Source of the DNA: Eledone cirrhosa
Taxonomy: Eukaryota
Reading direction: 5' to 3'
NCBI GenBank assembly: GCA_964016885.1
Contig: OZ024743.1
Span: forward strand, 41,168,001-41,232,000
Length of the DNA: 64,000 bases
In this document: one piece after another, positions 57,090 to 64,000 of the stretch
How the letters are laid out: every line of letters begins with the position of its first letter
Numbering within the stretch: position 1 is the stretch's first letter
Translations under genes and position numbers: made by a program
Notes under the pieces: generated by a model
The model's database searches: none
What the model saw: only the letters and a program-made list of their open reading frames with translations
What the model was told of the DNA's origin: nothing

Positions 57090-57123
<34 letters not shown>

Positions 57124-57485
57124 GTGTCTATGTGTGTCTAAAGATCATTTAGTTCGGTTTCCAGGCTGAGTAAAGCAGTGTAACATTAATCACCAACAAA
57201 ACCGGGATAAGTACTGGGTTTCGTATTAGGCATGCAAGCATGGACTCACAACTGCCACCAATATAACATCGCATTGACTGGCATAACGAAAGCATATACT
57301 TTCAAACGTTCAATCGACTGACAGGAAAGTATACGGTGCTTATAAGCTAGAAACTAGTTCATAGTTCCTTTGTCAATGTTGAACAAAAGAGCAACGATGG
57401 TTGCCGAACACTGTACGGCTAATAATTCGGGCTGTTTGTTTACAAACAAACCGAGCATTATAATAAATGTTCGGTAAACCCATAC

Positions 57486-57546
<61 letters not shown>

Positions 57547-57764
57547 CATGTATCTATGTATATACATACTACTGTACGTCTGTATAGATATATGTATGTA
57601 CGGATACATACTTATATATATATAGTTTGGTTGACAATTATACTAATGTGCACATACACACAGATATATTGTCCTTTGTATGAAGGTGTGGTTTTAGCTC
57701 AATGTAGATACTTTTAGCAAATAAAACAACGTATTCCTAAGCACTCTTTGGTTATTCCTAAACT

Positions 57765-57893
<129 letters not shown>

Positions 57894-58869
57894 GCTTATA
57901 TATATTTCGATAAAAGGAGAAAGATCCCAAAGCTCCTTGTGGAGGCGTAGAGGCACCGTGAAACGGCTTGTTTGGGAACACTTCCAGACGTGGTGGAGCC
58001 CAACCCTCTCCAGGTGTAAACACAGCCGACTTTATTCTAAAGCGGAAGAACTGAGCCCCGTACTGTATTGGTACTTCTTTTATCCACTTCGAAAGGATGA
58101 AAACCAAAGTTGATTCCGGCGGAATAATTTGAACACTGAGGTGGGACTAATACTGTTGAGCATTTTATCGGACTTCTTAACGACTCTGCCATTTCATGGC
58201 CTTTTTATTTACATATACATACATACATGGTGGCTGCCAACTCGTTTTCGAGTACGGCCACTACTTTATATCCATGTAGAAGAACTCCTACCGATGCACT
58301 GAACGAGTGTGACTTTTTTGTCCAGCCAGCGACTTGAAAACTCTGGTTCAAACACTACACTTGTGACATAGTGCTGGGCCCATGGTACCATGTGACGACA
58401 AGTGCAGAGAGATCTCCAGATATAAAGCAATGCCTGTGCCATGAAGCTTTTATAGTTATCAAAGGCACTGCACAAAGCCAGTCCCACTCTCTTAACCAAG
58501 ATGATATTTACCAAAAAGAAGAACAAGTCAACATCATTGGATACCATCAGGGTTGCAGGTGTTATATCCGAGTTTTCCTTCTCCTAGAATTCTGCCTTCA
58601 CAAAGGCTAAGGGGTCATCTCTCCCGGTGATTTTGAATGGCCATTGACTCTTAAGAGCTCCTTTGCCCTTTGACAGGTTTTGTTTTTAGTCCTGCAGGAT
58701 GTCCAAAGTCACCCTCCTCACCAAGAAACCTTGGTGGAGTTGCCAGCTTAGTCGCCAACGACCCGACCATGTATATGTATATACATACATACATACATAC
58801 ATACATACATACATACATACATACATACATACATACATACTTACATACATATATTATATACATACATAC

Positions 58870-61800
58870 ATTGCCTTAGCAACGTGAGTGAAACATTATC
58901 TTGTTGATAGCAGAGATATTAACAAGAACAAAACACCACCAAAAATACCATCATATATAACTAAAACAGAAAAAAAGATTGCTGACCTATGAAAAACGTT
59001 AGGATATATGATTATGCTCCTTACATGCAAACACACACACAAAAAAATCTTCACTCTTCACCAACAAAGAGTGAAAAATAAAATAGAGACGATGTTTGGT
59101 AACAGTAGAACGAACAAGAACTCTTCAATATAAGCTGATCACCCTCAAATAAGAATTGAGAGCTGTTAGCGAAAAACGCCGATACCTGAAGAAAGTAGAT
59201 GAAAGAAAAATGCTTAATAAAAGATTCAGACGAAACCAAACATTTGTCTATAGAGAAATAAAGGGCAAATAATAAGTGTCACTAAGGCCCCATCCCAGAA
59301 AGACATAGATTCCTTTTGGAGAAAAATATGGCGCGAAAGAAGAATTTCAACTAAGATGCAGTGTGGCTAAAAGAAATCCAAAAGAACTATTGCTCCTACA
59401 CTACAACAAAAACATACGGAATAAGTGAGGTTACCCTTGAGACTGTGATAGGAAAACTCCAAGATAAGAAAACACCAGGAAGAGACATGATTGTCGGCTA
59501 CTGTTACAAAAAACTAATATTCTATCGTAGGTATCTTACCGACCTCTACCCACAGGTTCTTAAGGGAGATACACTTATACCAGAATGGTTGACATTAGCA
59601 CAAACATTACTGGTCCCCAAGCCTGCCTGAACCTATTCCTTCAAGATCACTGTGAAAATAATAACACCATCACAGATAAACAAGCAGCTTGAGAGAAAGG
59701 GATTTGGGGATGTGCTAAACAACTCCTAAAATGCGAAGTCGAAGGTGCGACAACTTAGGAGGGATATGGCTACAGTCTGGCTGGACTACAGGAACGCTTT
59801 CGATTCTGTTCCCCACTCTTGGATGATAGAGGCCCTCTGACTTGCTAAAGTCCCAGACATTATTATCAGAGCCATAGAGAAGCTGTCTTCTTCTTGGGCT
59901 ACTATCCTGAAGTTAAAGATAGAGAAGGAGGACTATATATTCACTGATAAAATAAAATATCGCAGGGGTATATTTCAGGGAGACATTCTCTCTGTGATAT
60001 TATTTATCCTGTCATTAAACACCTTGTCCTTTCTGATTAAGAAATGTGAAGGATACAGCATTGCCTCACAGGAGGACAGACATACAAACCTAACCCATAA
60101 TTTCTTTGTGGATGACCTGAAACACTATGCCAAGGACATGGAAGGGTTGAGGAAAAATCTTGACCTGGTTACAACATTCTCAAAGGATATAGGAATGAAG
60201 TTTCGCCAAGATAAATGCTCATATATGACTGTAAAGCTGGGAAAAACAACAACCCAATCTAGCAACATTGTCATCAATGGCCTAACTGTTTCACCGATAT
60301 CAGATGAGGACTGCTACAGATACCTGGGGATAGATGAGAACATATCCTACAATGGTATCTGTAATGAGGAACACGTTTCCAGGGAATACTACACCCGATT
60401 AAGAAAGATATGGTCATCGGAACTCTCTGCGCAAAACAAAACATTGGTTCACAATGTGTTTGCTGTGCCTGTCCTAACACTAACTTTTAAAATACTCAAT
60501 TGGACGATAGACAAAATCCGAGCGATTGATGTTAGAACTCGAAACATACTAAACAACACCGGAAACTTCCACATCAACAGTGACGTGAGTCGCCTTTACT
60601 TGAAACGTAAGCAGTGAGCCAGAGGCCTAACTTCTGTCCAGACAGCATTTGAATGTCGCATCCCTCCGACAACATCTACGAACCTCAAAGCGTAGGAGCC
60701 CGTCTCTCGAGCAAGTCTATCTGCATGAAACAGATAAGATCACGAGAGTTGGGAAGGAACTCCTCGAGAAGTATTCCCTGTGTGATAATCAAAAACTCAC
60801 ACGCCTGGAAGTTGCTCAGCAGTATCGCAGTAAATCCATGGATGAAAAACTGCATGCTTATCAGCAAAAAGTCATGCATGGATATGTTGCCAGGAAGCTT
60901 CAGAGTGAGAGTAATATAGATCAAGAAAGTAGTCTATCTTGGACCAACAACCGCTATATTGGCTCCCACTTTGAAGTATACGCTTTTGCAATGCAAGAAC
61001 AGGAAATCAACACGAAATACCTGATTCACAAAAGAGATAAGGATACAGGCAAAACACCAAGATGTGATAACAAGTGCAAACTCTGCAGAATTAACATCGA
61101 AGATGTCACCCATATTATAAGCAGCTGTCCAAAGATGTCATCACGGTACTATCTACCTATGAGGCATGATGTAGTGGCCGAAACACTGTACAATGCAATC
61201 CGTAGGAAAGATAGCCCTATAATAAACACATTAAAAGCTACAGCAATGTGGAAGACATACATATACATATTATGAAAAAGTACTGGTGGAATGTTCCAGT
61301 AAAAACCCCAATAAAATGCAGGCATAACAGACCAGATATTATGATATGGGACAGGGAAAAGATGGCATGCACAGTAGTTGGCCAGCAGATGCCAATATAA
61401 TATCAAAGATTATTGAAAAGGAGAATATTTATGCAGACCTGATGAGAAATCTGCAGATAGTCTAACCTGATTACACCTTCAGATTTATGCCTTCGATTAT
61501 TGGGGCACTGGGATATGTTAGTAACTGCCACAATACAAATCTTGAGAAGCTGGGCTTCAGAGGAACAGAAAGAACACAACTTGTCTGGAAATTACAAGTA
61601 CAATTCAGTAAAAATACGGAAAACATTCCAAAAATTACAAGTACAATTCAGTAAAAATATGTAAAACATTCCAAAAAGTTTGCATCTAATAACTGCATAT
61701 ACACATATACAGATACTAAGCATATACACATTCACACATACAACTCAAAACATCCACATCCACACATACGATAACATCCATATCTACACATGCATGCACA

Positions 61801-61907
61801 CATATCTACCTAGTTGATGTGTAAATTCCAATGAGAGAGTATTGTGTCTATGTTAGAAACCGACTCTCTATTGGCAAACATTTGTGAAATTATAAAACCA
61901 GAAGAAC
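58870..61907 (+). mobile_element. Decayed R4/Dong-like non-LTR retrotransposon (RT, CCHC finger, restriction-like endonuclease)
   Basis: KTPGRDMI, WLDYRNAFDSVPHSW, RGIFQGDILS, HNFFVDDLK, YRYLGI, CKLC-EDVTHIISSC, RHD, HNRPDI; many stops and frameshifts; (TACA)n-type flanks. Confidence 0.9.
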
Positions 61908-62257
61908 ATACATATATACATACATATATACATACATACATATACACATATATACATATATATATATATGTATATATGTGTATATATATATGTATGTATG
62001 TATATCTTCTCTCTTTCTCTTAATTTCGAGTATATTTTTGACCGGCCACCTTCCTGGTGGCAAGGTTGTGAACGAAAAGAAATTGTCATCCCTTGATTTG
62101 CAAGAATGTTTTGCACATTTTTAATGTGCCAGATATCGCAGTAATTTGTAGACTATGAATTAGGGAGTTGCGCTCTTTGTCCGCAAATCCAATTTCAGTT
62201 ATACGTTGGTCCATATTACGAGTATGTATGTACGTATATATGTATGTATATATGTAC

Positions 62258-62510
62258 GTTCTTCTGGTTTATAATTTCACAAATGTTTGCCAATAGAGAC
62301 ATTCGGTTTCTAACATAGACACAAGACTCTCTCATTGGAATTTTCACATCAACTCGGTAGATATGTATGGATGCATGTGTAGATATGAATGTTATTGTAT
62401 GTTTCGATGTGTATATTTTGAGTTGTATATGTGCATGTGTATATGCTTAGTATCTGTATATGCAGTTATTAGATGCAAAATGTTTGGAATGTTTTACATA
62501 TTTTTACTGT
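62258..62510 (-). mobile_element. Second, 5'-truncated copy of the R4/Dong-like 3' end
   Basis: Reverse complement of about 61650-61908. Confidence 0.88.
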
Positions 62511-62997
62511 TCCATTAATGAATTGTGTGTATATATATATATATATAAGCATATATACATATATATATGCATATATACATATATGTATATATGCATATAT
62601 ACATATATATATATGCATATAGACAGTTGAAAATTGCAAACTCGACTGTCACCACATATTATGAACCTGAAGATTGCGAAAGCATGAAAGTACTTGTTCA
62701 ATTAACACTTAGAATTTAATATTCTATCATACTATTTCATTATAATACCATTATATATTTTAAAGGATTTTAAATAAAACGAGTAAATCAGACAAAGTTG
62801 GAATTCCTCTTATTAATACATATATATATATATATATATGCATATATACATATATATATATGCATATATATATATATGCATATATACATATATATATATA
62901 TATATGCATATATATATATATATATATATATGCATATATATATATATATGCATATATACATATATATATATGCATATATATATATATATATATATGC

Positions 62998-63054
<57 letters not shown>

Positions 63055-63079
63055 TTTATATGCATATATATATATATGC

Positions 63080-63168
<89 letters not shown>

Positions 63169-64000
63169 TTTATAGAATGTGTTTGTAAACAACAGTCAAT
63201 AACTACCTTCGATGGTAGGATGTAAACATCAACAAAGTAATCACGTGATTGTTCACTTTACACCCACTTCCGTTATCTCCTTTATTACAAGTTGACATAT
63301 ACCGACATATATTCACACACACTCATACACTCGCACACACACATACACTCCCTCATACACACACTCAGACATACAGACCATATGCTAAACACTCTCTTAT
63401 ACGTACTGTCTATACCACTTGCTCGGTCATATACATCTTTTCTAATATACGCATATGCACTCACATCTTAAGCTCACATACACACATATATATATATATG
63501 TACATACGCCATATTTGATTCTCCCCATTCACCGCATCTCTCTTACTCCCACTCGCTCGCCACATTTTTCCTTTACTCGTTTTTCCCTTTATTTTTCAGT
63601 ATATTCTTTTTCATATATTTTCCTTGCAAGAAACAATTTCGCTAAAATGGAACATCATTTATAGAAAATAAATATAACCATATCGCCACTAGAATAACAA
63701 CAATAAACAGCACACAAATACATATTAAGGATAGACAACTGAAATCAAGTAAAGAATAATAATATAAACTATAACAATTATAACTACACAACAATTACAA
63801 ATAAACTATCCTCAAAGAATTACACAAAGAAAAATGACATGAATGCATCTTAAAAAGAAAAAAAAAACAAAACAAAAATGCAATGTGAAAAAAAAAAATA
63901 TATAAAATATATAAAATATATATAAAAGTAAGTTGTCGATAAGAATTGAACGGGATAAATGTGAAAAGATCGATGCATTTGAGAATATAATATATTGTAT

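Noticed and set aside
61825-61876. CAATGAGAG...GAAACCG in the R4/Dong-like 3' UTR as an HHR
   Set aside because: The core is not CTGANGA in either copy, and CCAATGAGAGA pairs with TCTCTATTGG as a plain stem-loop.

Overview
AT-rich, microsatellite-saturated animal DNA; the SINE and LINE complement looks like a coleoid cephalopod (Octopus-like), which is an inference. I can support no host protein-coding gene; almost all listed ORFs are translations of (TA)n, (CA)n, (GA)n and triplet repeats. Recognisable content: decayed non-LTR retrotransposons (RTE with a PHD-like finger, L1/Tx1-like, R4/Dong-like), about 20 copies of one tRNA-derived SINE, and a small mariner-like MITE. The most striking signal is a dense set of short, non-coding elements, mostly embedded in (TA)n tracts and arranged as palindromes or partial tandem repeats. 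They carry type I hammerhead ribozyme (HHR) folds that can be built by hand. About 15 HHR motifs from roughly 10 unrelated sequence families occur; several have intact cores and one pair shows stem I covariation. One copy retains a Penelope-like (Naiad-type) ORF start, FSTKNIPIP. These look like non-autonomous Penelope-like-element (PLE) derivatives, a retrozyme-like system that targets (TA)n and generates long hairpins. All alignments and folds were done by eye; boundaries are approximate.
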